A program made the position numbers and the translations under genes. The notes under the pieces are model-generated. The model searched no databases and was not told where the DNA came from. It was given only the letters and a program-made list of their open reading frames with translations. Below, piece by piece: positions 54,348-64,000 of a stretch of DNA of 64,000 nucleotides; position 1 is the first letter of the stretch, and every line of letters begins with the position of its first letter. This DNA is from an uncultured delta proteobacterium. GTDB lineage: Bacteria; Desulfobacterota; WTBG01; CAIYCZ01. The stretch is from contig CAWDOY010000031.1 in NCBI GenBank assembly GCA_963803975.1, positions 8,745-72,744 on the forward strand. The letters run 5' to 3'.

Positions 54348-54968
54348 ATGGGCGATTCAAAAAAAACGAAGATACTGAATGCAGCAATTAAAGTTTTTGC
54401 AGAAAAGGGCTACCAGTATGCGACCATAGCCGAGATCGCCAGAGAAGCAGGTATTTCAACAGGGCTTGTCTACTCATATTTTGAGAACAAGCTGGATTTG
54501 CTGCTGTCGCTCAATCTCCGTTTTTTCCAGATGGTTAATGTCATAAACCAGAAAAAACTTGCGCAGATATCAGACCCGGTGGAAAAGCTGTTCGCGCTGT
54601 TCCGGACGTATCATGAAATACTGCTCCACGATAAGAAATCACTCTACTGGGGCACTATTATCAGGGAGGGCTTCCCGCAGCCGCACATGGTTAAAAGTAA
54701 AAAATTGAAGCAGAAGCAGAGTAAAATCTATGAGGAGAACAAACATCTCCTTAAAACCATCGATGACATAGTAGCGGAGGGACAGCGGAGGGGGAAAATC
54801 GATACTACGTTAAAGCCCCAGCTGCTGCGGCAGATCTTCGGCGGCACCAGCCAGATTCTGTTCAACGGGCTGTTTCTGCAGGACTACCGTCAGGAAGAAA
54901 TCGGGTATGATAGAGAGGATATCCCCAAAGCCATGACAGCGCTGCTGGGGAAATTTGTAACCAGATAA
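54348..54968 (+). CDS. TetR/AcrR family regulator
   Basis: ILNAAIKVFAEKGY..ATIAEIAREAGISTGLVYSYFENKLDLL. Confidence 0.93.
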   Translation: MGDSKKTKILNAAIKVFAEKGYQYATIAEIAREAGISTGLVYSYFENKLDLLLSLNLRFFQMVNVINQKKLAQISDPVEKLFALFRTYHEILLHDKKSLYWGTIIREGFPQPHMVKSKKLKQKQSKIYEENKHLLKTIDDIVAEGQRRGKIDTTLKPQLLRQIFGGTSQILFNGLFLQDYRQEEIGYDREDIPKAMTALLGKFVTR

Positions 54969-55043
54969 TCCTCATGCACCAGCACTGGCCGCACCCGTCA
55001 GCTGGCAGCCGGCCGGATACTCTTTTACTGACAGGAGTACGGT

Positions 55044-55283
55044 ATGAATGCACAGAACCAGGGAAAAATTAAAAAAACAGTTTTCAGCGTTGATGAAGCC
55101 CTGTGCACCGGGTGCGGAAAATGCGTCAAAGCGTGCCCCATGCTGATTTTGAAAATTAAAGAAAAGAAGTGCATCATGGTGAAGGAATTCATGTGCCTTG
55201 AATGCGGCACCTGCATGCGCAAATGCCCGGAAAAGGCCATTATGATTGAAGGTCTTGATATCATGGGAACCATAGAAGAATAA
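55044..55283 (+). CDS. 2x[4Fe-4S] ferredoxin
   Basis: CTGCGKCVKACP and CLECGTCMRKCP. Confidence 0.92.
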   Translation: MNAQNQGKIKKTVFSVDEALCTGCGKCVKACPMLILKIKEKKCIMVKEFMCLECGTCMRKCPEKAIMIEGLDIMGTIEE

Positions 55284-55304
55284 CAGGAAAGGGGAAATAA
55301 CACG

Positions 55305-56030
55305 ATGGAGGAGAAAATTCAATTTACGCCGTTTACCAAAATTCTTTTTGAGCTGCTTGCGGAACTGAACCCGGTCCAGGTCTATGACTACGAGGGCATG
55401 GACATCCGGGATATCAATGAGTTTGAGCTGGAGGGAGAGAAGTGCTCGGCCAAATGCTACAAGGCTGAAAAGCTGGAAAAAATCTGCGTGTCGTCGTTGA
55501 ACTTTTTCGGCCAGATGGTGGCGGATGTCATCATTATCACGCCGGGGCATGAGTATGACCTGCCCTACTTTGTTGTGGACTGGGACGAGTCGGAAGATCA
55601 CATCTTTTTCATCGCCGACCTGCTCCCGAGCGATGACCCCGGGAGAAACCTCGATTATCTTGAAAACTATCTTTATAACCCCCTCGAAGAGCTCTATCAG
55701 AACTACAGTGAAATGCCCGGCCTGAAAAACAGCGTGTTTCACTGGGTGCGCGCGGTCCATTCACCCTACATCATCACCGGAACCATAAAAAAAGAGCCGA
55801 AGAACATGGACATGCTTCTGAACTGCGCCAAAGATTATTTAAAGGCGTGGGTCGGGCTCTGGAAAAACGCGCAACCGCGCGACCCCAACTCTGACTATAT
55901 GAAGCTGGTATACGCGCGCAGGGCCAACATCAGAAAGTTCTACCGCGAAAACGATCCGGGCGCAGGCCCGCTCACCAAATTTTTAGGGTCTGACCAGGCG
56001 CAGCGGCTGCTCGCCGTTATAGAACCATGA
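55305..56030 (+). CDS. ferredoxin-dependent bilin reductase (PcyA/PebA/RCCR)-fold protein 1
   Basis: KLEKI, IITPGHEYDLPYFVVD, IADLLP, HSPY, YLKAW and ENDPGAGPLTKFLGSD follow the FDBR motif order. Confidence 0.7.
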   Translation: MEEKIQFTPFTKILFELLAELNPVQVYDYEGMDIRDINEFELEGEKCSAKCYKAEKLEKICVSSLNFFGQMVADVIIITPGHEYDLPYFVVDWDESEDHIFFIADLLPSDDPGRNLDYLENYLYNPLEELYQNYSEMPGLKNSVFHWVRAVHSPYIITGTIKKEPKNMDMLLNCAKDYLKAWVGLWKNAQPRDPNSDYMKLVYARRANIRKFYRENDPGAGPLTKFLGSDQAQRLLAVIEP

Positions 56031-56189
56031 TTAATGCTACGGGGGTTGAAACCACAGGATCTCGCTTCCAGGGCACACAGAGAAACAGGATTTGAAAAAT
56101 TTTATAAATCCTCTGTGACCTCTGTGTCAGCAGTTTTTCAGTGTTCCTGGTTTGTTTCAACAATACGCAAACAAAAAGGAGGAGATGCC

Positions 56190-56894
56190 ATGGACGTTAA
56201 GTACCCGCTGCTCGATGCAGGCAGAAAGGCCTTGGAAAAATTGTCCCTGAAATCTGTTGCCATAGACCCGGCACTCAAGCATATCGAAGCCGAGGACGGC
56301 AGAGTGTATATAGACGTGTATCGCGGAGAAAAAATCTCCAAGGCTGTCTTCTCCGCCATTGAGATTCACTCCATGTCGGTTGCCGAGCAGTCGATAATTA
56401 TCTGGCCGGACGAGTCCTATGATTTTCCGGTATTCTGGTGCAATCTCACGCAGATGCCGGGCATGAGCTTCTTTATTTTTGATTTCATGCCGGTCATGGA
56501 CATTGTGGTGTGGCCTGAATACGGAGAAAAGTATTTGCTGGGTCTTCTCGAGATGAAGGCGAACGCGCTTGAAAAACTCGGTGACGGGGTCGCGGAAAAA
56601 CATTTTGATCTCAGTTCCCTTGCCGGCTGGGCATTTTCTCCCTATCGCACGCTGTTCCGCCTGACCGAAGACGGTGTGGCCCATATTGACCCGGTTGTTC
56701 AGGAATATGGCCAGGCCTATGTAAAGCTGTGGCAGGAAGCAGCGCCGGTGCAGAAAGCTGAGGAAGCGGCATTCTGCAAGCGCAAAAAGGCAGCGGTACG
56801 GAAAATCATGGCTGAGAATGATCCCGGTCACCCCCTGATGCTCGGGGTGTTCGGTGAAGAAAAGACGGAAAAGGTCTTTGAGATTGTTTTTTAG
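56190..56894 (+). CDS. ferredoxin-dependent bilin reductase-fold protein 2
   Basis: GGAGGAG RBS, then IWPDESYDFPVF, IFDFMP, FSPY, YVKLW and ENDPGHPLMLGVFGEEKTE...VF. Confidence 0.7.
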   Translation: MDVKYPLLDAGRKALEKLSLKSVAIDPALKHIEAEDGRVYIDVYRGEKISKAVFSAIEIHSMSVAEQSIIIWPDESYDFPVFWCNLTQMPGMSFFIFDFMPVMDIVVWPEYGEKYLLGLLEMKANALEKLGDGVAEKHFDLSSLAGWAFSPYRTLFRLTEDGVAHIDPVVQEYGQAYVKLWQEAAPVQKAEEAAFCKRKKAAVRKIMAENDPGHPLMLGVFGEEKTEKVFEIVF

Positions 56895-56969
56895 GCAGCG
56901 TGGTATATGTGCGGAACCCCGCCAATTATGCGTGGTTCCCGGTATCTATGAATATCAAAGGGGAGCATC

Positions 56970-57776
56970 ATGGAAACAGGAGCGAGAAGGTTTATTGACC
57001 AGCATGTTATAGTAACCGGCGCCGCGACCGGCATCGGACGGGCCATTGCCCACCGTTTTGCCGCTGAAGGTGCAAAGGTGGTAATCGCCAACCGCAACCG
57101 CGAGCGTGGCGAGAAGGTTGCGCAGGAGATCAGGGATAAGGGCTGGACAGCACAGTATATCAGGGTTGATGTAGCTGAGCTGGAATCAATCAATGAGCTC
57201 ATCAAAAAAGCAGTCAGTACCTTCGGGCCGGTTCACGTGGCAGTATCAAATGCCGCGGTGAGTGAGACCCAGTCATCGGCACTTGACCTAAGTGTTGAGG
57301 AATGGGACCGGATTTTTAATATCAACGCGCGGGGCTCATTTCTTTTCAGCCGCGCCTGCGCGCAGAACATGATTGACAACAATATTCCGGGCTCGATCGT
57401 CACGCTCTCATCAATTATGGCCCGCTCCGCAAAAAGCATGTCAGGAGCGTATCCTGCCTCAAAGGCAGCGGTCATCATGTTCACCAAGAATCTTGCCAAG
57501 TTGCTTGGGCCCATGGGCATCAGGGTGAACTGCGTGACCCCCGGCGTGGTGGCGACTGAAATCTGGCATGAAGTGGAATCAGAGATGATGATGGAGAAGG
57601 ACACATTTGCGGACTGGCTGATTGAGCAGTCAGTTGCCAGCGGGCAGCTGCTCATTCCGCGGATCGGTAAAGCGGAAGAAATCGCTTCGGCCGTTGCCTT
57701 TCTCGCTTCAGGCGAGGCATCCTATATCACCGCCCAGGTGCTCTCGGTTGACGGCGGCATGGACTGGTGCTGGTAA
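56970..57776 (+). CDS. short-chain dehydrogenase/reductase
   Basis: TGAATGIG, SNAA, YPASK, IRVNCVTPG and VDGG. Confidence 0.93.
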   Translation: METGARRFIDQHVIVTGAATGIGRAIAHRFAAEGAKVVIANRNRERGEKVAQEIRDKGWTAQYIRVDVAELESINELIKKAVSTFGPVHVAVSNAAVSETQSSALDLSVEEWDRIFNINARGSFLFSRACAQNMIDNNIPGSIVTLSSIMARSAKSMSGAYPASKAAVIMFTKNLAKLLGPMGIRVNCVTPGVVATEIWHEVESEMMMEKDTFADWLIEQSVASGQLLIPRIGKAEEIASAVAFLASGEASYITAQVLSVDGGMDWCW

Positions 57777-57797
57777 ATAGCGTAAGAGCTGAGATGG

Positions 57798-57949
57798 AAC
57801 CACAGAGTTCACCGAGGGATCCTCTGTGTTCTCAAAATTATATAATCTGGAACTCGCGAAATCAGAATTATTGTTTTTTATTTTCATAAGTTCATGAGTT
57901 CCAGATAAAATGTTTATTTGAGTTTCCGATAGTTGTCGGGACTGTGGTT
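57798..57949. repeat. nested palindromic repeat elements
   Basis: AACCACAG...CTGTGGTT element (compare 36454-36509) encloses an ATCTGGAACTC...GAGTTCCAGAT element (57845-57906). Confidence 0.65.
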
Positions 57950-57976
57950 ATGTTTTTCTGTTGCTGGTGATAAGGA

Positions 57977-58357
57977 TTGCCTGTGGAACTGAATCAGATT
58001 CTGTATATCGTTGCCTACTGCACGTTCATGGCGGGAGCGGCAAAATCCTTTCGCGACAATGGCAGCACGCTCTCTGTCTGGATAATGTCCGGCGGTGTTA
58101 TCCTTGATTTTCTCATGAGTATTCTGCCGGTGCTCGGGGTCAAGGCGCTGAGCTCAGACCTGAAGGGCACCAACGGCGTTATCATCTTTGCCATCGCGTT
58201 CGGCTTTGTGGTGTGGCTCACCTATGTTGCGGCGCTCATTGTGCGCAAAAAGGGCAATAAGCCGCTGTTTCATGTGCTCATCGCAGTGGTCGAGATTTCC
58301 TGGTTCATAGATTTCATTTCATTCCTCTACGGGATGTATAAGTTTCCGCTTCATTAA
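57977..58357 (+). CDS. small four-TM membrane protein
   Basis: Four hydrophobic segments, co-oriented in the operon. Confidence 0.7.
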   Translation: MPVELNQILYIVAYCTFMAGAAKSFRDNGSTLSVWIMSGGVILDFLMSILPVLGVKALSSDLKGTNGVIIFAIAFGFVVWLTYVAALIVRKKGNKPLFHVLIAVVEISWFIDFISFLYGMYKFPLH

Positions 58358-58381
58358 TTTCCAAGAACTGGATGTAACATC

Positions 58382-59844
58382 ATGACACAAAACCACTCTA
58401 AAGACCTGTTGAAGGCGCTTTGTGACATTGTCGGAGCCTCCTATATTACCGATGATCCGGTGACGAGGTTTACCTATACGCAGGATGCAAGCCTGTTTGG
58501 CGGCACCCAGTCAGCGCTCGTCGTACGGCCGGGTTCAACTGAAGAGGTTTCGCGCATTGCGGCTCTTGCCAACCGGCATCGCGTGCCTATTGTCACGCGC
58601 GGCGGCGGCGCCACCATTTACGGCTCGCCCGGGGCGATGCGGAGCGCACCGTGCTGCTTGATATGACGCGCATGGACCAGGTGATTGAAGTCAACACGGC
58701 AGGAATGACCGTCACGGCACAGGCAGGAATTATCATTAATAAGCTCGTGCTTGCCTGCAGGGAGAAAGGCGTGTACATGTGGGCGCCGTTTGCCCCGTTG
58801 CATATGGTATCTCTTGGAGGCTGGATATCAGGCGCTGCCGGAGCAGCGGGTCTTTGGACCGATATCGTGAGCATCACCGTGGTGCTTGCCGATGGCACCA
58901 TCGTGCAGACCGGCGGCGGGCCCGGAACGAACATTCACCAGCCGGTCTTTTTCAACCGCAACCTGGGCGGCCCTGATTTTGCCGGCATATTTATTGGTGA
59001 CGGCGGCTCCTTCGGCATTAAAACCCAGGCGACCATCCGCACCACGAGACAGCCTTCTCTGGTGCGGGCTGGCATCTTCGCCTTCGACGAGCTTGAGCCT
59101 GCGATGGAGATGGTGCGCATGCATGTGGAGCGGCGCACGGTGCAGCGTTACGATCCGGTGCTGGTTTTCGGCGCCGGAGCCATGAAAAATTTTGTCGGGG
59201 ATACCGATGCGGTGGCGCCCTTTACCGTGCAGGCGATGATGCAGGGCCATGACGCGGCGGAGCTTGATGCCAAGCTCGCCATCATACACAGCCTTGCCGA
59301 ACAGTGCGGAGCACGGCGCGACCCCATGCTCGACGCCATGGCAGAGGCCATGGGAACGCCGACGGGTGAAGATAGCGAAATGGACTGGATGGCCATTTTC
59401 AACAGCTTCGGCATCGCGGCATGGCTGCCCTTCACGCTGCCCCGGCAGAGTTTTCCCCCGGTATATAAAAAGCTCATCAGCTGGCGCAATGAGCGGCTTA
59501 AAGAGGCTGAAAAGCTCGGCTTGCGCCTGCGCACAACCTGGGAGTTCTTCACCTCAAGTGACCCGAGCACCATAACCGGGGAGATCGACGCTTTCTTTGC
59601 CGATGTCGAGAACCCGCAGGCTACAGCATTTGCCCGGACCCTTATGGCAGACTTTCAGAAATACGCCCACAGCCTTGGCTCAATTGATGTCTACAACCAG
59701 GGGTTCATGGCCGACCTGAATGCCTCATGCTGGTCGCCAGGCTTCAAGCGCCTGTTTGATGCGGTTAAGACGGTACTTGATCCGAACGGCATTATCAATC
59801 CGGGGCTGTGGGCGGGAAGCTATCTGCACGAGGGAGGAGAATGA
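58382..59844 (+). CDS. FAD-linked oxidoreductase (VAO/GlcD-type fold), frameshift near 58630
   Basis: VVRPGSTEEV, RGGG, DMTRMDQV, GPDFAGIFIGDGGSFGIKT and LDPNGIINPG. Confidence 0.88.
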
Positions 59845-61062
59845 CTATGGCGAAATCGACCATGAAGGAGCTTGAAAAGGTCAAACACTTTATCTACAGC
59901 TGTCGCAAGTGCGGTGTGTGCCGCTACAAAATGACGGGCAAATTGCCGTATGTCTGCCCGGTGAAACAGGCCAGCCCGGGGTTTGAAAGCTTTTCCTCCC
60001 GCGGAAAAATAATACTGGCGCAGGCCCTTCTGGAAGGGCAGATCGAACCATCCGCCGGACTGGCAAGCGCCGCCTACAGTTGCACCATGTGCGGCAACTG
60101 CATGACCCAGTGCGGCGCCACCGATCCGGACACGAACAGCCCCCTCGTTGATAATCCCGCGATAGTCGAGGCGCTGCGGGCTGATTTGCTGCGGGAGCAT
60201 CCCGAATATGTACCTGAAGCGTATCACCGCGCGCTGGCCGCGACACGCCAGTTCGGCAATCCCTGGGGCATGCCGCGTTCGGCTCGGGGGAAATGGGCAA
60301 AGGGGCTCAAGATCAAAGATGCGCAGAAAGAGCAGGCCGATGTACTGTTGTTTGCCGGATGCACCATGAGCCTGAATCCGGAGCTGACCCCGCGCATTAA
60401 AAAAGCTGTAGCTGTGCTCCAGGCAGCAGGGGCTGATCTGGGAATACTTGGCGCAGCGGAGCCCTGCTGCGGCAGCGTGCAACAGCGCATCGGCGCCCGG
60501 GAGCTTGCCGCAGAGATGATTGCAAACAACGTTAAACTGCTCAACAGCCTTGGCTGCGAAACTATTGTGACGCTCTGCGCCGGCTGCTGCAATATGTTTA
60601 GAAAAGAATATGCTCCGGCGGAGGAAAAACTTGCGCCGAAGGTATACCATCTCGTTGAATATCTGGCTCGGCTTATAAAGGAAAACAAACTTACCTTTAC
60701 AAGAGAGCAGAATATAACCCTGGCCTATCATGACCCCTGCCATCTGGGACGACATCTCGAGGTATTTGATCCGCCCCGCGCTATACTCAAAGCACTGCCG
60801 GGCATAACACTTGTGGAGCGGATAGCCACACGGGAGAACACCATTTGCTGCGGAGCGGGTGGTGGTATGCGCCTTTTTGACGGAGGCATCTTCGCGCAGG
60901 ACATCGGGCCTTGAAGCGGTGAAGGCCGCGCGCGATGTCGGCGCTCAGGCGCTTGTTTCTGCATGTCCGTTTTGCGAAACAAATCTTTCCGCAGCCTCGC
61001 AGATTGATAGTCCGCTGCCGGTTTATGATATTATTGATCTGGTAGTGACGCGCTGGGGATAG
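59841..61062 (+). CDS. HdrD/GlpC-like Fe-S oxidoreductase, frameshift near 60905
   Basis: CRKCGVC, CTMCGNC, FAGC, EPCCGS, HDPCHLGR, CCGAGGG and SACPFC. ATGA overlap with the upstream stop. Confidence 0.9.
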
Positions 61063-61121
61063 AGAGTAAACAAAATAATCTCTGTGAGCTCTGTGGTTAA
61101 CTTTTAAAAAAGGAGAATGCC

Positions 61122-61703
61122 ATGCCCGCATTGCAAAAAAAGACCAAGGCCCGGATAAAAAAAGACATCATCAGTTTCCTCGATAAAACCTCAGGCGGCG
61201 TTGACCCGAAACCGGGGAAATACGGCTGCGGCATGCTGCATCACAACGCGCTGGTGCTGGCAACCTCGTATAATGATACGCCGCGCGCCACGGTGCTTGA
61301 ATTTTTCAATGAAGGTCTCAGCATCTATATCTTCGGCGAGCCGGGCGGCAAAATAGCAAACCTCAAAAGAAACCCCAAAGTATCTGCCGTGGTCTACGAG
61401 CAGCCCCTGGACCACGGAAAATTTCAGCGCAGCCTGCAGATCTTCGGCACCACCGAGCTTATCAATGTGCGGAATAACGCAAAGCTCTTCAATGCAAAGA
61501 TGAAAAAATGGAACCTGCTTGCAGTGGGCAAAAAGCTTCTGAACCCGATGCTGAAAGCGCAGAATCTCTCCGGCAAAGCAGCTGACGAGACCGTGATAAA
61601 ATTCCTCTCCGCGCTCAACATCATAAAAATCATTCCGCAGCACATCATCCTGAAAGAGTACCACCCGGACTTCTCGATGCACAAGTACGAGTGGAAGAAG
61701 TAG
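61122..61703 (+). CDS. pyridoxamine 5'-phosphate oxidase family (split-barrel) protein
   Basis: LVLATSYNDTPRAT, GEPGGKIANLKRNPKVS and SLQIFG. Related to 1743..2246. Confidence 0.85.
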   Translation: MPALQKKTKARIKKDIISFLDKTSGGVDPKPGKYGCGMLHHNALVLATSYNDTPRATVLEFFNEGLSIYIFGEPGGKIANLKRNPKVSAVVYEQPLDHGKFQRSLQIFGTTELINVRNNAKLFNAKMKKWNLLAVGKKLLNPMLKAQNLSGKAADETVIKFLSALNIIKIIPQHIILKEYHPDFSMHKYEWKK

Positions 61704-61707
61704 GTTA

Positions 61708-61818
61708 CCCCCTCACCCCAGCCCTCTCCCGCCGGGGGAGAGGGATAGCTGTTTAAATGTCCCAGAGAAGCTGGTTAAATCTCCCCTCCCTTCACGGGAG
61801 GGGATTAAGGGGAGGGGA
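61708..61818. repeat. paired CCCCTC/GGGAGGG palindromic elements
   Basis: CCCTCTCCC..GGGAGAGGG and CCCCTCCC..GGGAGGGG hairpins. Relatives at 24680, 31997 and 63913. Confidence 0.7.
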
Positions 61819-61821
61819 ATC

Positions 61822-62882
61822 ATGCAGTACCGCAGACTCGGAAGGACCAACCTCAATGTGTCAGCCATCGCCTACGGCGGGCTGCCGACCGTGTTTCAGC
61901 CCCCTGATGTAGTAATCGAGGCGATCAACTACGCCCTTGACCAGGGGGTGAACTATTTTGACCTTGACGAGGGCGGCAACCAGTTTGCTTCGGAGAAAGT
62001 ATATCTGGATGGCGCCTCCAAGATCGGCCAGGTGCTAAAGGCGCGGCGCGGCGACTGCTATCTCGGAGTGAAGAGCATGCGCCAGACCTATGAGGAGCTC
62101 AAGTATGATGTAGACCTTGCTCTGGAGAGACTGGTGAAGGGCACCTCCCGTGAAGTGATAGATATTTTCCAGCTTGCTTTTCTTGACAGCCCGGAAAAGG
62201 TTAAGCTGGTTCTTTCCAGGCAGGGGGCTTGAGGGCCCTTGAAGAGGCGCGCGAAGAAGGAAAGATCGATTTTATCCGGCCACTGCCCACAACCCGAAGA
62301 CCCTTCTGCAGGCCATGGAAACCGGCCGCTTTGATGTCATCGAATTTCCCTTTAACATCATTGAGAATGAATATTTAAATAAGGTAATGCCCCTCGCGGA
62401 GAAGATGGACCTGGGAACGGTCGTGATGAAGCCGGTTGGCGGCGGCCAGCTGGCAAGCCTCTATGACCTTTCGCTGCGCTGGATTCTGCAGCACGAGGTT
62501 GACTGCGTGATTCCCGGCATGCGCAATATCGAGGAAGTTAAAAAGAACGTGGTGTTCGGCAGCCGCGCGGAGCCGCTGTTAGATGAGGATCTTGAGGCTT
62601 GAGAAGCTGGGAAAAGAAGTTGGCGCGGAATACTGTCACCGCTGCGGCTACTGCATGCCCTGCCCGCAGGGCATCATCATCGTCGGGGTGATGGACCTTA
62701 TGCGCGGGCAGATGCTCAGCCCGGACATGAAGAAGCGCTCCTACAATGAGGTGCTTAAAAACGCCTGAAGAGCGACCCGGCAAACTGCGAGCAGTGCGGC
62801 CAGTGCGTGGAGAAGCGCCCGTTCAAAGCTGCCGATACCAAGCCTTATGCAGCGGGCCGTCGAACTGTTCGGGGATGATTAA
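61822..62882 (+). CDS. aldo/keto reductase with C-terminal 4Fe-4S domain, several frameshifts
   Basis: MQYRRLGRTNLNVSAI, GVNYFD, MKPVGGG, IPGM, CHRCGYCMPCP and CEQCGQC. Confidence 0.88.
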
Positions 62883-63870
62883 GTCGGTTTCCTTCCTTCC
62901 ACCAGACAGTCCATTCGTTCGCCGCTGCGCGGTAGTCTTCACATCCTGAAAGCCGGCCTGTCAGCAGTGTCTTTTTTACTTCCCTGAAGGTACGGGTATC
63001 ACCGCCGGTGGTGTGCACGAGCATGTTTACTGCAAAGAGCGCGTCTGCCGGCGGCCGGGTGCGGGATTCATCCATTACGTGGTCGCGGATCAGTACCGCT
63101 CCGCCCGGCTCAAGGGCCTGGTACATTTTTCGGTAAAGAGAAATATTCTCCTGCGGGCTGTTCTGATGAATGATTGCTGAAAGCAGCGCCAGGTTCTACT
63201 CCTGCGGCAGTGCATCCTTAAAAAAATCCCCTGCCGCAAGCTTCACCCGCTCAAGATATCCTTCAGCCTTCAGCCGTTCGGCAGCAAGCGCGATGACATC
63301 CGGCAGGTCAAAGATAACAGCGGTCATGTTGGATTCTTTTCAAGAAATGCGATAGTGTAGGTACCGGACCCTCCGCCGATGTCAAGCAGCCGTTTAAAGC
63401 GGCCTGCATTATATGATGCGGCAATATCCTGCGACATGCTTTTGCCGATAACGTGCATGGCGCCGATGAACGCTTTGGTCACCGCCTCGTCCTTTGCGTC
63501 AATGACTGAATCTCAGGCTGGTATTTTTCCCCTCTTGCACTGTTTCCGTAAGCCGTGTCCAGTTGTCCCACATGTTGTTCATGTGCAGGAGCATGGGAAG
63601 GACTGATTCAGGGTGACGCGAGGAAAAGAAAGCTCCGGTCTCACTCAGCGCGTAGCGCCCATTCTTCTTTTTTCAGCAACATAAAAACAACCAGGCAGTC
63701 AAGTATCCTCTCGGCAGCCCGCGCATCAGCCTTCAGCTTGCGCGCAAGCTCCTCCGCGGTCTGCGGCTTTCCATCAAGCATGGTGAAAACATCAAGCTCG
63801 GCGGCAGTGAGAATAATACGCGCTTCATCCACCCGGCGTATTCAACGAAAATATCCGGTGCCTGGGACAT
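62879..63870 (-). CDS. SAM-dependent O-methyltransferase with dimerisation domain (Methyltransf_2 family), several frameshifts
   Basis: ILTAAELDVF, AFIGAMH, LLDIGGGSGTY, FDLPDV, AGDFF, SAIIHQN and LEPGGAVLIRD. Confidence 0.85.
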
Positions 63871-64000
63871 GGCGTCTCCTTTTCTATGCTGAAAAAACAG
63901 TTAAACAATTTTTCCCCTTCCTCGCATGGGAGGGGATTGAAGGGGAGGGTGTTATGCTAAAACAGATTTTCTTTATTAATAGTATTTCAAATTATATCTT

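Noticed and set aside
55305..56894. FDBR homologues as evidence of phototrophy or phycobilin synthesis
   Set aside because: No heme oxygenase, phycobiliprotein, phytochrome or photosystem genes are in the window, and the sequences are too divergent to name pcyA or pebAB.
59820..60755. 311-aa minus-strand ORF, and similar long antisense ORFs at 17224, 44406, 54972 and 56157
   Set aside because: Each overlaps a well-supported gene on the opposite strand.
61822..62882. TGA stops at 62230, 62600 and 62766 in the AKR, and 60912 in the HdrD-like gene, as selenocysteine
   Set aside because: Coding resumes in a different frame and the positions are not Cys-equivalent, so these are frameshift artefacts.

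Overview
A 64-kb chromosomal segment from a bacterium that uses selenocysteine and is probably an anaerobe (gene content suggests Desulfobacterota/deltaproteobacteria; this is an inference). More than 20 genes, including plsY, carry single-base indels, which points to an unpolished long-read consensus rather than real decay. The left part (1-17 kb) holds split-barrel flavoproteins, a PerR-like regulator, and a catalase-peroxidase katG lying between the N- and C-terminal remnants of a monofunctional katA. It also has a group IIC intron 3' remnant, an AT-rich block of secreted IPT/TIG and beta-propeller proteins, and a RAYT-type HUH transposase plus a truncated duplicate. The middle (17-41 kb) has housekeeping and envelope genes (Nif3-like, ABC-F, sfsA, glycosyltransferases, DUF362/polyferredoxin, plsY, fbp, DedA, tRNA thiolase-like). 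It also carries a lone integron-type cassette, a MerB-like lyase with two in-frame UGA codons and SECIS-like hairpins, and a Sec-containing selD. The right part (41-64 kb) is a nearly co-directional redox cluster with two TetR genes, and it is rich in homologues of tetrapyrrole enzymes: two ferredoxin-dependent bilin reductase (FDBR)-fold proteins with their own ferredoxin, a HemF-fold protein, a membrane-anchored ferrochelatase-like protein, a cytochrome c/split-barrel fusion, a geranylgeranyl-reductase-like enzyme and an O-methyltransferase. FAD-oxidoreductase/HdrD-like pairs, an SDR, an AKR and a thiolase accompany them. This cluster is the best candidate for an undescribed system (anaerobic tetrapyrrole/bilin modification or catabolism). 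Several families of small palindromic repeats and a 3-copy MITE are dispersed through the window. No rRNA, tRNA or CRISPR array was recognised.
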